38,146 nucleotides of DNA, taken from NCBI GenBank assembly GCA_049510745.1, contig JBEKYR010000047.1:1-38146 (forward strand), in the 5' to 3' direction. The position numbers were made by a program, and so were the translations under genes. Below the pieces are notes generated by a model, which did not search any database, was not told where the DNA came from, and worked only from the letters and a program-made list of their open reading frames with translations. This stretch comes from Verrucomicrobiota bacterium (GTDB taxonomy: Bacteria; Verrucomicrobiota; Verrucomicrobiia; Limisphaerales; Palsa-1400). Positions 1 to 10,047 of the stretch are shown here, in pieces (position 1 is the first letter of the stretch; the number at the start of each line of letters is the position of its first letter).

Positions 1-217
1 TCTGGTGTGGCAGTTGTCCCGTCAGGGGCAGCGCTGCGTAGCCATGTGCGGAAGAGATAAGCGCTGAAAGCATCTAAGTGCCAAGCTCCTCCCAAGATAA
101 TGTTTCCCGGACGCAAGTCCCTGAAGACCCCCGGCAGACCACCGGGTTGATAGGTTAGGCGTGCAAGCGAAGCAATTCGTTTAGCGGACTAATACTAATC
201 GGTCGTGCGGCTTGATC
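1..217 (+). rRNA. rrl: 23S rRNA, 3' end (partial; begins upstream of the window)
   Basis: Conserved 23S domain VI sequences (gctgaaagcatctaag, gggttgatagg, tactaat...cgtg.ggcttga) followed by a spacer and 5S; 3' end approximate. Confidence 0.95.
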
Positions 218-336
218 GCTTTTCCCCGCAGGGGAGAAGGCGATTTCGACTCGCGAATTGGAGTGCATCCCTCTTCTGTGTGTAGTTTTCAGCGAATGCT
301 CCTGGAACCGCTTCCAGCATGTTCTTTTGACATTTT

Positions 337-451
337 TTTGGTGGCCATAAAGCTGTGGTCCGACCCGTTCCCATCCCGAACACGGCCGTCAAACGCAGCC
401 TTGCCGATGGTAGTGGCTGTATAGCTTCCGCGAGAGTAGGTTGCCGCCAGA
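337..451 (+). rRNA. rrf: 5S rRNA
   Basis: tggtggc...cccgttcccatcccgaacacgg...gccgatggtagt...gagagtaggttgccgcca; terminal helix tggtggc/gccgcca; about 115 nt. Confidence 0.96.
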
Positions 452-457
452 TCTTTC

Positions 458-496
458 AAAAAAGCCGAAACATCAGATTTGTTTCGGCTTTTTTTT
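458..496 (+). terminator. Rho-independent terminator of the rRNA operon
   Basis: aaaaaagccgaaaca-loop-tgtttcggctttttttt: long stem with a T tract immediately after 5S. Confidence 0.9.
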
Positions 497-535
497 GTTT
501 GCGTTCATTTTGCTTTCAATTCTTGCCCAACCCCA

Positions 536-2287
536 TTGAAAGAGCGAAAACTATCAGCCATCAATCGCATCCGGAAAAACCGGGACAAATGGAGCCAGGG
601 CGCGGGCCAGGCACTCCTGGGCGTGTGCTCGACCCTCATGGTTGCTTCCGCGGAGTATTCGGTGGGGGCAATCGTTGCGCTCGTTGTGCTGAACTTGTGC
701 CTTGCGGTGGCGCTCTTTGCCCGGTCAAGTCCGGGCGGCGACTGGCAACGGAGAGCGGCCCACCTGGCTTGGTTTTGCAGCGCGACCCTCGCGATTAATC
801 TGTTCGACACCTGGGTGCATCCGGCGCTTTTGCTGGATGTCCGCGGCATTGAACTGGCGGCGGTCCCTGAAGTGATCGCGCTGGCCCTGTGGCTGGCCAG
901 CGCCTGGCCGCAAGGCTCTCCTCTCAAAGCAAGATGGAGAGGCCTGGCGCTCTTCTGGTTGATCTTGGGGGAAGCAGTCTGGCTTGGTGTCGGGAATTTC
1001 CAAAACCAAGGGTGGCTTTTTTTCGGCGCGCTATTGGTCATTTTATTGACTCTTGTCTTGTCGAAGCGCTGCTTTCGTTATGGCCTGCCGGCCAGCCAGG
1101 CGGTCAACACCGCGATCCTGTTGCTGGCTGGATTGCCTGTCGCCGATGTGTTCGTGCGGGTCTGCTGGCCGCCGCCGGCCGCGAACGGCGACACTCGCCC
1201 GGCAATTCGACAGCCTGGCGGCCAACGGCGCGAGATCAACGTCCAAAACGCGCGCTCTTTCTACTCCTTCGACGAAGCCCACGGCAATCCGGAGGCCTTT
1301 GCCGCCTGGTCGGGCTATTTCACGTTGGAGTTTACCCGCGCCGCACAGGAAGGCCTCTATGAACCGATGCCGGGACATCGTCCGCCGCACCGCCTTCGTC
1401 CGGGCGGACGGGCCGTCCTGCTCGAATGCCCGATTTCAATCAACAGCCGCGGGTTTCGGGGCCGCGAAATCGCCGTCCCCAAGGGAGCGGTCTATCGCAT
1501 CGTCTGCCTTGGCGAGTCAACAACATTTGGCATGACGTTTCGGAAAGATGACAAGCCGTGGCCTGAGTTGCTCGAGCAAATGATCAAGGAGCGCCTGAAA
1601 CCGGCACGACCGGTCGAGGTCGTCAACGCCGGCGCCCCGGCGTGGGATCTGTCGGCCAATCTCGAGCGGTTGCGTCCGGAAATCCTGCCGCTGCAACCCG
1701 ACATGATCATCTCGTACCACGGCTACAACGGATTTACGATGATTGACAGAAGGTTGCCGCCGCCTTCCGGTCCGCCGCTGCCGCCGTATCCAAAGCGCCC
1801 GCTTCGGTTGGCCGCGGATCTCGAGTACCGACTGGAGCTAAGGGCGTTCATGCGTCAATTCGAGCCTGAAGGTTCCGGCGGCGCGCCCGCCTTGGAGCCG
1901 CCCCTGCAAACCCGCTATGCGAGTTGTTACCGGCAATTGATCGCTTTTGCCCAGACCAATCACATCCGCCTGGCGCTGGCCAATTTTTGCATGGCGATTG
2001 ATGAAAACAGCGATCAGAGGGTGGTGAATTTTTACAGCGCCTTTGGTTCGGGGATCTTGTGTGCGCGCACCAAGGTTAATGCCATTCATTCCGAGATCGT
2101 CCAGCGGTTGGCGGAACAGAACCCCGGCGTCTGCTTCATTGACACGCATCCCGGGCTGGAAGGAGTGCATGGCAAATTCATCGACTTCGTGCATTTCACC
2201 CAGGAAGGCCGCCAACAGTTGGCCGAGAACATTTTCGCCGGCATCCGCCCGCAACTCGAACGGGACCTGGCGGAAACCAATAAATGA
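536..2287 (+). CDS. Membrane-anchored SGNH/GDSL-family hydrolase
   Basis: About 7 hydrophobic N-terminal segments, then INSRGFRG, block I CLGESTTFG, VVNAG, YHGYN and C-terminal DFVHF (DxxH). Start uncertain; TTG 536 chosen because the ORF-track start at 479 lies inside the terminator. Confidence 0.8.
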   Translation: MKERKLSAINRIRKNRDKWSQGAGQALLGVCSTLMVASAEYSVGAIVALVVLNLCLAVALFARSSPGGDWQRRAAHLAWFCSATLAINLFDTWVHPALLLDVRGIELAAVPEVIALALWLASAWPQGSPLKARWRGLALFWLILGEAVWLGVGNFQNQGWLFFGALLVILLTLVLSKRCFRYGLPASQAVNTAILLLAGLPVADVFVRVCWPPPAANGDTRPAIRQPGGQRREINVQNARSFYSFDEAHGNPEAFAAWSGYFTLEFTRAAQEGLYEPMPGHRPPHRLRPGGRAVLLECPISINSRGFRGREIAVPKGAVYRIVCLGESTTFGMTFRKDDKPWPELLEQMIKERLKPARPVEVVNAGAPAWDLSANLERLRPEILPLQPDMIISYHGYNGFTMIDRRLPPPSGPPLPPYPKRPLRLAADLEYRLELRAFMRQFEPEGSGGAPALEPPLQTRYASCYRQLIAFAQTNHIRLALANFCMAIDENSDQRVVNFYSAFGSGILCARTKVNAIHSEIVQRLAEQNPGVCFIDTHPGLEGVHGKFIDFVHFTQEGRQQLAENIFAGIRPQLERDLAETNK

Positions 2288-2417
2288 TGTTTTTGCGGGC
2301 ACGGCCAGAGAATGACCAACCACCCATCGGGGCTGTTTCGGCTTTTTTCGTTTCCGAATTTCCGCCATTGCCAGATTTCTTTTTTCCGGCCAGTATGGGG
2401 GGACACTAATACTTGAT

Positions 2418-3536
2418 ATGCCCATCTATCGCGAAGCCCAGTTGCAGGAAATCTCCAAACAATTCCAGATTTACGGCGAAATTCTCCACGCCGAAACCTG
2501 CAAAATCGGCCATATCAACGAAACCTACTCCGCCACTTATGACCAGGGCGGCACCCGCGTCCGCTACATTCACCAAAAGATCAACCAAACCGTCTTCAAA
2601 GACCCGCCCGCGGTCATGCAAAACGTCATGCGCGTGACCACCCATCTGCGCCGCAAGCTCGAAAGCCTCAATGCCAGGAACATCACCCGCCGCTGTTTGA
2701 CCATCGTGCCGACGCGCGACGGGCAATCCTTTTATCGCGACCGTGCCGGCGAGTACTGGCGCACGTTTGTCTTCGTCGAGGGGGTCGAGACGTTTGAATC
2801 CGTCCACTCGCCGCAGCAGGCCTTCGAGGCGGGCAAGGCTTTTGGGCTTTTCCAGAGTCTGCTGGTCGATTTGCCGGAACCGCGGCTGGCCGACACCATT
2901 CCTCATTTCCACCACACGCGCAAACGCTTCCAGGCTCTGCAGAAGGCGGTGGAGAAGGATCATTTCAACCGCGCCGCTTCCGCGAAGGCCGAAATCGATT
3001 TTGCCCTCAAGCACGAACCCGTCGTGGACGTCCTCCTCGACGCGCTGGCCGGAAAAAAAATCCCGGAACGCATCACCCACAACGACACCAAGTTCAACAA
3101 CGTCATGCTCGACACCGTCACGGGCGAGGCGATGTGCGTGGTGGACCTGGACACGGTCATGCCCGGTTGCGCGCTGTATGACTTTGGCGACATGGTGCGC
3201 ACCACCACCAGCCCGACCCTGGAGGATGAGCTGGACCTGTGCAAGGTGCGTTTGCAGATGCCGATGTTCAAGAAACTGGCCGAGGGCTACCTGGCCAGCG
3301 CCGGCCAATTTTTGACCAAAACCGAAAAGGCGCGCATTGCGTTTGCGGGCAAATTGATCACCTTCACCATCGGCCTTCGTTTCCTGACCGACCACCTGGC
3401 GGGCGACACCTATTTCCGTATTCACCATCCCGGCCACAACCTCGACCGCAGCCGCACGCAATTCAAATTGGTCGAATCGATCGAACAACAGGAAGAGGCG
3501 ATGCAATCGTTCGTCGATAAGCTGGCCAGACGTTGA
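2418..3536 (+). CDS. Aminoglycoside-phosphotransferase-superfamily sugar kinase (N-acetylhexosamine 1-kinase-like)
   Basis: GHINETY, ITHNDTKFNN, VVDLDTVMPG, YDFGDMVR, GLRFLTDHLAGDTYF..HNL.R motifs typical of the NahK-like group. Confidence 0.85.
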   Translation: MPIYREAQLQEISKQFQIYGEILHAETCKIGHINETYSATYDQGGTRVRYIHQKINQTVFKDPPAVMQNVMRVTTHLRRKLESLNARNITRRCLTIVPTRDGQSFYRDRAGEYWRTFVFVEGVETFESVHSPQQAFEAGKAFGLFQSLLVDLPEPRLADTIPHFHHTRKRFQALQKAVEKDHFNRAASAKAEIDFALKHEPVVDVLLDALAGKKIPERITHNDTKFNNVMLDTVTGEAMCVVDLDTVMPGCALYDFGDMVRTTTSPTLEDELDLCKVRLQMPMFKKLAEGYLASAGQFLTKTEKARIAFAGKLITFTIGLRFLTDHLAGDTYFRIHHPGHNLDRSRTQFKLVESIEQQEEAMQSFVDKLARR

Positions 3537-3559
3537 CCGCGCCGCCCTCTTGGGCGCCC

Positions 3560-4822
3560 ATGCACATCGAACTCATCAACACCGGCAGCGAATTGCTTCT
3601 GGGCCGCATTCTCAACACGCACCAGCAGTGGCTTTGCCGCCGGCTGGCCGACTTGGGCTACGCCGTCACCCGGCAGGTGTGCATCGCCGACGATGGCCGG
3701 CAAATCCAGGCGGCGGTGCGGGAATCGCTCGCCCGCGCCGATTTGATCGTGACCACGGGCGGATTGGGGCCGACTTCCGATGACCTCACCCGCGACCTGA
3801 TCGCGCAACTTCTGGGCCGGCCCCTGATGTTTGACCCGCAAATCCAGGCTGGCATCGAACAGTATTTCGCCCAGCGTCATCGCGTCCTGCCCGCCAGCGC
3901 CCGCGTGCAGGCGATGGTTCCGGCAGGGGCGCGCGTGCTGGCCAACGCCAATGGCACCGCCCCCGGCCTGGCCATCGAGGTCAACCCCAATCCCTTCCGC
4001 TCCGCGGCGCGCCGAAGCTGGCTCATTCTTTTGCCCGGCCCTCCGCGCGAACTGCGTCCGATGTTTTCCGAATCCGTCGTCCCGTTGCTCTTGCGGGAAT
4101 TCCCGCCGGCGACAGCGTATGTCTGCCGCACATTGAAGACGACCGGCCTGGGTGAATCGCTGGTGGAGGAAAAAATCGCGGGTCCGCTGGGGAAACTGGT
4201 CGGCGCCGGATTGGAACTGGGCTACTGCGCGCGGATTGGCGAGGTTGAAGTGCGGCTGGCCGCCCGCGGCAACCAGGCCCCGGCTCTGGTGCAACAGGCC
4301 GAAGAAATTGTGCGCGAACAACTGGGCCGCCTCATCTTCGCGACCGACGACGAAACATTGGAGAGCAGCCTTGTGCAAAGCCTGACCGGACAAAAGCAGA
4401 CGCTGGCCCTGGCGGAATCCTGCACGGGCGGTTTGATCGCCCACCGGATCACCAATGTCCCGGGCGCTTCGGCGGTTTTGAAGTGCGGCCTGGTGACTTA
4501 CAGCAACGACGCCAAGAAGGATTTGCTGGGCGTCACCGCCGCGGCCCTGGAGGAACATGGAGCGGTCAGCGAGGTTGTCGCCCGTCAAATGGCGGAAGGA
4601 GCGCGGCGCCGTTGCCAGACCGATTACGCCCTCGCCGTCACCGGCATTGCCGGGCCGGGCGGAGGCAGCGAAGCGAAACCGGTGGGCACCGTCTTCATGG
4701 CGCTGGCCAGTGAAAAGGGGACGGTTGCGCAACATCATTTCAACCCTTTCGACCGGGAAACCTTCAAATTCGCCACTTCCCAGCAAGCGCTGGATTTGTT
4801 GCGCCGCGCGTTGCGTCCGTAG
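3560..4822 (+). CDS. cinA: Competence/damage-inducible protein CinA (MoCF-like domain + PncC domain)
   Basis: IELINTGSELLLG, TTGGLGPTSDDLT, NGTAPG, LPGPPRE, AESCTGG, GAVS, TGIAGPGGG..KPVGTV; ATG at 3560. Confidence 0.93.
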   Translation: MHIELINTGSELLLGRILNTHQQWLCRRLADLGYAVTRQVCIADDGRQIQAAVRESLARADLIVTTGGLGPTSDDLTRDLIAQLLGRPLMFDPQIQAGIEQYFAQRHRVLPASARVQAMVPAGARVLANANGTAPGLAIEVNPNPFRSAARRSWLILLPGPPRELRPMFSESVVPLLLREFPPATAYVCRTLKTTGLGESLVEEKIAGPLGKLVGAGLELGYCARIGEVEVRLAARGNQAPALVQQAEEIVREQLGRLIFATDDETLESSLVQSLTGQKQTLALAESCTGGLIAHRITNVPGASAVLKCGLVTYSNDAKKDLLGVTAAALEEHGAVSEVVARQMAEGARRRCQTDYALAVTGIAGPGGGSEAKPVGTVFMALASEKGTVAQHHFNPFDRETFKFATSQQALDLLRRALRP

Positions 4823-4956
4823 ATGCGGATTGGGCAACTTTTCACAAAAAGAGTGTATGACCGGGCCTAGACATTTTTCCGATTGTTTTTAGAGTCGTTT
4901 TAAACATTAAAGGAATCTCAAACAGGGGCTTGATGGATCGTTGCCTGAGTTTGACC

Positions 4957-7900
4957 ATGAAAACGATGCGATTGCTGTGCGGGACCGCGCTCTGGCTTGG
5001 GTTGGCTGTCGAAAGCTCGCAAGCCCAGGTGACTTACGCGGACAATTTCACCGCTTCGGCCAATTATCTGACCACCGGCGTGGCGGGGACCATGTGGGAC
5101 GGGGTTTATCTTGGCGCGGGTTCGATTGCCAATGCGACGGGCACTGACGGTGTGGCGGCGGGGACGGTTTCGGTGGCGAATGCGAATATCACCGCCGCCG
5201 GCACCATGTCGGTGACAAGCCTGCACACCGATTGGGAGAACGCGGCGGATGATGGGTTTTTGCTGTTCAAGGTGGTCACGGGCGATTTTGACATGAGCGT
5301 GCGGGTGGTGGCGCCCTTCAATAGCAACGCATACAATTACCCCGGGCTGATGGTGCGGGCCTTTGGAGCAGGCGGGGCGCCCAACCCGAATAGCGCGGAG
5401 AATTCAGTTCTCTGGGGTCGCTTCAACGAGTTCAGCATCGCCAATATGCTCAAGAACAATGTCAACGGCGTCAAGACGGACACGGCTGAGGGCATCTACC
5501 CCAATACCAATTATTGGCTGAGAATTACGCGGGCGGGCAATACTTTCACCTTTTTTGAGAAGGGGCCGGCTGCGGCTGCCTGGACCAATGTGGCGTCGTT
5601 GAGCCGCAATGATTTCGCCGGTTTGCCGTTGGAGGTGGGAATTGAACAGGCGGATTTCTCGGGGGGCGCCAGTTTGCCGGCCCGGTTTGCGAGTTTCAGC
5701 CTGATTGTGTCCAACCAGGCGGCGGGCACGGCGCCGACGGCGGATACTGGTTTGCTCATCACGACCAATGTCGACGGTAGCGCCACCCTTTCATGGTCGC
5801 CGGGGAGCGGGAGCGGGAGCGTGGTGGTGGTGTGGTCGGGGAATTCGGCCATCCAGGAGGCGCCGGCCAACGGCACGACTTACACTGGCAGCGCCAGCTA
5901 TGAATCGGGGAGCAGTTTGCCGGCAATGAATTATTATGTGGTGTATTCCGGCGCGGGCACGAATGTGACGGTCAGTAACTTGGCGGCGGGAACGACCTAT
6001 TATGCGGCGGCGTTTGGCTATTCAGGGTCGGGCAGTTCGCGCAGTTATACTCATACTGCGGCCACGGCCAGCTTCGCCACCCCGGCCTCCGGCGGCGGAG
6101 GCGGGGCGTCGGTCACTTTTACCGACAGCTTTAATGCCAGCGTCAATTACCTGGAAAATGGTTTGGTGGGAACCATTTGGGATGGTGTCTATTTCGGCAG
6201 CGGTGAATTCGACAACACAGCGGGCGGGGAAGCGTCCACGGTGCAATGCGATGCCAACATTTCCGCCGCCGGCGCGCTGACGCTCCAGACCACCGGCACG
6301 GCGTGGGAAGGGGCGAACGACGACGGCTTCTTCCTGTTCAAGGTCGTCCCCGGCGATTTTTCGGCGATGGTGGAGGTCAATACGCCGTTTGACAACTCCG
6401 CCTTTAATACGGCGGGGTTGCAGGTGCGGGCGTTTTCGGCCAATGGAAATGCCTATAACGGATCGGAAAATTTTATTTCCTGGGCTCGCTTTGACGAATA
6501 CGGTTTTGCCAACTACCTTCGCAACAACGTCGATGGCGCGGTGATGCAAATCAACCCCGGCGATTATCCCAACGGCGCCTACTGGGTGCGGATCGACCGG
6601 GTCAACGGCACCAACTTCAGTTTCTACGAGCGCACCAATTCCACGTCGCCCTGGGAGTTGGTGACGTTCCCGGATCCCGTCAACGGGACGACCTTGACGC
6701 GGACGGACTTTGCGGGATTGCCGCTGCAGGTTGGCATCATGCACGCCACGTTTAACGGGCAGTTGGGCGTGTCTTTCAGCAATTTCAGCATGACAGAATC
6801 GAACGCGACTTTCGCGGCCACGCCTTCGCCCGCGTCGGATCTGGTCATGGCCACCAACGCCAACGAAACTCTCTCGTTATCCTGGACGCCGGGGCCGGGG
6901 AGCGCGGGGAGTGTGGTGGTGGTGTGGACCAGCACGAACCTGGTGAAGGAAATTCCGGCCAATGGTTTCACTTACACGGGGAACGCGGACTATGGAATGG
7001 GGAGCGCGCTGCCTGGGGCGACTTACTCCGTGGTGTATGTGGGGTCGAACAGCAGCGTCACCGTCAGCAACGTGACGCCGGGAACGACTTACTATGCCGG
7101 CGTTTACTCTTATGCGGGATCGGGGACTAGTACCAGCTATAGTCATACGCCGGCCACGGCCTCGCTGGCCATTGCGCTCCGGGGGGTTTCGGGCGCGGTG
7201 GTTCTTAACAATGGCGATGTCTATATCAACTTTACGGCCAATCCTGGAAAGTGGTATTGGCTGCAGTACACCGACACTCTCAGCCCGGCGAACTGGCGGA
7301 ACGTCGGCCCACTTCCCACCATTGCCACCAATCTGCTGATGACCCTGGTGCATCAGGGTGGGGCCGGGGCGAGCCAGCGGTTTTATCGTCTCACGCAGTT
7401 GGACCCGGAATTCGGAGTGCAAACCGGCGAGGGCGTCATCACGAGCTTGGTGAGGAACGACGATTCTACGAATACGGAATACGTTTCCGGTTCGCTTGGC
7501 ACGGTGACCCTCAATTACGGGGTGGACGGCGCCAACTGGTCAACGGCCAACACCTCCCCGTTGAGCGGGGCGACGGCCACTTATTCCGCCAGCCCGGACG
7601 GAACGATCCAAATGGCCAATTATCAGATGACGAACGGCTTGAGCGGCCCGCTGGTGATGGAATCGGATTTCGCCATGCAGCAGTCTTACTTCACCTGGAG
7701 GCTGGGCTTTACCAATCTTGGCGCCAGCCCGGTGATTGTCGGCGACATCGCGGTGCCGTTTCCGATGAACACGGCCTCCCCGCAATTCACCAGCAGCGTT
7801 TTCAAACACAGTGTCATCTCCGGTTCCGGTTCCTTCATTTTTTGGATGCGCAACAACAGCGTCGGGCCTTATCTCCTGATGACGCCGGACAGCAACACAG

Positions 7901-10047
7901 GGTTTGAATATTGGGATACCCTGGCCGGCGGCGGCGTCTATGAGGCCTATATCCACTCTGCCGTGTCCGGTCCGTTGGCCGAAGCGCAATATCCGGCGGT
8001 CACCAACAGCAACGCCCGCTGGCGGCTGCCCCATACCAGCCTGACGCTCGCGCCCGGCGCTTCCACCAACTACACGCTCAAATTCCAATGGGTCAACGAT
8101 TATGACGGCGTGCGCCAGGCGTTAATCAATGAGGGGAAGGTGGACGTGCATGTCGTTCCGGGCATGACAGTGCCGACGAACCTTTTTGCGGAGATCGCGC
8201 TGAACACAACGCAGCAAATCACCTCCCTCGCGCCGGAGTTTCCGGAGGCGACCCAGCTTCAATCGCTCGGCACCAACGGCGCCTATCAGCTCTACAAGGT
8301 CCAGTTCTTTCAATTGGGGGAAAACATGCTGACGATTAACTATGGCGTCAACCAGGCCATGTACCTGGAATTCTTCGTCACCGAGCCGATTGAGACGCTC
8401 TTCAAAAAACGGGCCTCGTTCCTGGTGAGCCACCAGCAGTGGGAAGGCATCACCAATTGGTTCGATGGACTTTTCGCCGACTGGAACGAGAATGATCAAG
8501 TTCAGAACAGCCCCATCAATTACGACACGATTTCTGGCTTCGTGATTTACGAGGTGGCCAGCGACGACGCCGGGGAATCGCGCCCCGCCTACATGGGTGA
8601 GAAGGAGTCGGTTTATCCGGTGCAAAGCGAAGTATCGGCGTTGGACCTTTACATCACCAATTTCGTCTGGCCGCCCGGGCCGACGGGCGGGTTGCAGCGG
8701 AAAACAAATGAGACTTACTCTTACGGCGTCTATGGCATTGATGACTGGCACGAACTGCGCGCGTCCGGCACGCTGAGTCTGGGGCGCGCTTACGATTATC
8801 CGCATATTGTTGACATGTGGTTCAGCATGTACAAGGTGGCCAAATACAATCCCCAAATCACCACCGCGTGGGCGGCCACGAACTATCTGGAAGCCGCCTG
8901 GGGCACGGCCCTCGCCCTCTATACCGTGGCAGGCGCCGGGCCTTCCACCCCGGGCCTGATGAGCGAGGTGGTGTTTCCCGACTTGCTGGACGCCCTGCAC
9001 AATGAAGGCATGACCAACCAGGAAGCTCAACTGCGCCCCTACTGGGAATCCAAGGCGGCCTTCTACGCCACCGGCAATCCCAACCTGTTCGGGTCCGAAT
9101 ACGGCTTTGACTCGACCGGCTTCGAAGCGAGCGAGGCCTTCGCCAAATATGCCCTGACGCACGCCGGTTCGGACGCCACCATGGGCTCGGCCAATCCGTC
9201 GCTTTTTCTCCAGGAGGCGGCAAATTTCATGTTCACGGAGGTGAGCGCCAATATGTTTGACCGCGGCTTTCTGGAAACAGCTTATTATCATTACGGCAGC
9301 GACTTCCGCGCCGGCGGCAGCGACAATTTCTGCCTGTCCTATATGACACAGATGGGCGGGTGGGGGCTGCTGGATTACGCCTTGAACTACGCCACGAATT
9401 TCCCGGACTATCTGCGCCTGGGTTACGGTTCGTTCCTGGCCGGGTGGGGCATTATGAACACCGGCACGCCTGCCTCCGATTATGGATTCTGGTATCACGG
9501 GTTGAACAACGACGGCGCCTGCGGCGGGGGCTACGAACCTCAAGCTTATTTTGACACCTGGCTGGGCCAGCCCACCCATCGCGGTCCCTGGTATTATTCC
9601 GCCGAGCAAAACCTCGGCTTCTGCGGCGCGGTGCGTTCCGCGGCGACGATCCTGGCGGACGACCCGATTTTCGGACGCTTTTGCTTTGGCGGCGCCATGC
9701 AGACCAACGGCAGCGCCATGCAGATCGTGCCATTGGACGGCATCCGCCGGCAATTCCACGCCTTGCTCACCAACGGTGTGATCCATCTGATGCTGCAAAA
9801 CGACCGCTTGGCCGCGACCGCGCCTGTTGTCCTGCAAAACGATCTTTCGCAGATCACTTTTCAGATCGAAAGCGATAATCCAGCCGCCCACTCGGTGACG
9901 CTTCTGCTCACCGTGCCCGTCAGCGGCACTTACACCGTAAGCGGCGCCAATCCGGTCAATCTCACCGCGGGACAGCAGACCGCGCTGACGCTTTCCATGC
10001 CCGGCGGCTCCGCCCCCCAGCCATTTGTCATTTTGGATTCCAGATGA
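4957..10047 (+). CDS. Giant secreted protein: 2x(ConA/DUF1349-like module + FN3-like), internal FYRL domain, C-terminal DUF5695-like putative glycoside hydrolase region
   Basis: Signal peptide ending SQA-Q; two ~350 aa internal repeats; C-terminal ~880 aa with VVPGMTVP, RAYDYPH, FGSEYGFDSTG.E, SYMTQMGGW motifs recalled from DUF5695 proteins. ORF track starts at 4930; ATG 4957 preferred. Confidence 0.75.
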   Translation: MKTMRLLCGTALWLGLAVESSQAQVTYADNFTASANYLTTGVAGTMWDGVYLGAGSIANATGTDGVAAGTVSVANANITAAGTMSVTSLHTDWENAADDGFLLFKVVTGDFDMSVRVVAPFNSNAYNYPGLMVRAFGAGGAPNPNSAENSVLWGRFNEFSIANMLKNNVNGVKTDTAEGIYPNTNYWLRITRAGNTFTFFEKGPAAAAWTNVASLSRNDFAGLPLEVGIEQADFSGGASLPARFASFSLIVSNQAAGTAPTADTGLLITTNVDGSATLSWSPGSGSGSVVVVWSGNSAIQEAPANGTTYTGSASYESGSSLPAMNYYVVYSGAGTNVTVSNLAAGTTYYAAAFGYSGSGSSRSYTHTAATASFATPASGGGGGASVTFTDSFNASVNYLENGLVGTIWDGVYFGSGEFDNTAGGEASTVQCDANISAAGALTLQTTGTAWEGANDDGFFLFKVVPGDFSAMVEVNTPFDNSAFNTAGLQVRAFSANGNAYNGSENFISWARFDEYGFANYLRNNVDGAVMQINPGDYPNGAYWVRIDRVNGTNFSFYERTNSTSPWELVTFPDPVNGTTLTRTDFAGLPLQVGIMHATFNGQLGVSFSNFSMTESNATFAATPSPASDLVMATNANETLSLSWTPGPGSAGSVVVVWTSTNLVKEIPANGFTYTGNADYGMGSALPGATYSVVYVGSNSSVTVSNVTPGTTYYAGVYSYAGSGTSTSYSHTPATASLAIALRGVSGAVVLNNGDVYINFTANPGKWYWLQYTDTLSPANWRNVGPLPTIATNLLMTLVHQGGAGASQRFYRLTQLDPEFGVQTGEGVITSLVRNDDSTNTEYVSGSLGTVTLNYGVDGANWSTANTSPLSGATATYSASPDGTIQMANYQMTNGLSGPLVMESDFAMQQSYFTWRLGFTNLGASPVIVGDIAVPFPMNTASPQFTSSVFKHSVISGSGSFIFWMRNNSVGPYLLMTPDSNTGFEYWDTLAGGGVYEAYIHSAVSGPLAEAQYPAVTNSNARWRLPHTSLTLAPGASTNYTLKFQWVNDYDGVRQALINEGKVDVHVVPGMTVPTNLFAEIALNTTQQITSLAPEFPEATQLQSLGTNGAYQLYKVQFFQLGENMLTINYGVNQAMYLEFFVTEPIETLFKKRASFLVSHQQWEGITNWFDGLFADWNENDQVQNSPINYDTISGFVIYEVASDDAGESRPAYMGEKESVYPVQSEVSALDLYITNFVWPPGPTGGLQRKTNETYSYGVYGIDDWHELRASGTLSLGRAYDYPHIVDMWFSMYKVAKYNPQITTAWAATNYLEAAWGTALALYTVAGAGPSTPGLMSEVVFPDLLDALHNEGMTNQEAQLRPYWESKAAFYATGNPNLFGSEYGFDSTGFEASEAFAKYALTHAGSDATMGSANPSLFLQEAANFMFTEVSANMFDRGFLETAYYHYGSDFRAGGSDNFCLSYMTQMGGWGLLDYALNYATNFPDYLRLGYGSFLAGWGIMNTGTPASDYGFWYHGLNNDGACGGGYEPQAYFDTWLGQPTHRGPWYYSAEQNLGFCGAVRSAATILADDPIFGRFCFGGAMQTNGSAMQIVPLDGIRRQFHALLTNGVIHLMLQNDRLAATAPVVLQNDLSQITFQIESDNPAAHSVTLLLTVPVSGTYTVSGANPVNLTAGQQTALTLSMPGGSAPQPFVILDSR

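Noticed and set aside
218..336. tRNA or ncRNA in the 23S-5S spacer
   Set aside because: Only short hairpins (e.g. ttccccgcagggga); no cloverleaf or T-loop motif; consistent with rRNA processing stems
195..798. Short ORFs over the rRNA region
   Set aside because: They overlap 23S, 5S and the terminator; spurious
2418..3536. Aminoglycoside resistance gene
   Set aside because: Motifs fit the NahK-like sugar kinase branch; housekeeping context with cinA
5800..6930. gtggtggtggtgtgg and gggagc repeats as tandem repeat or CRISPR
   Set aside because: They encode GSGS-VVVVW in the duplicated FN3-like units; no repeat-spacer periodicity
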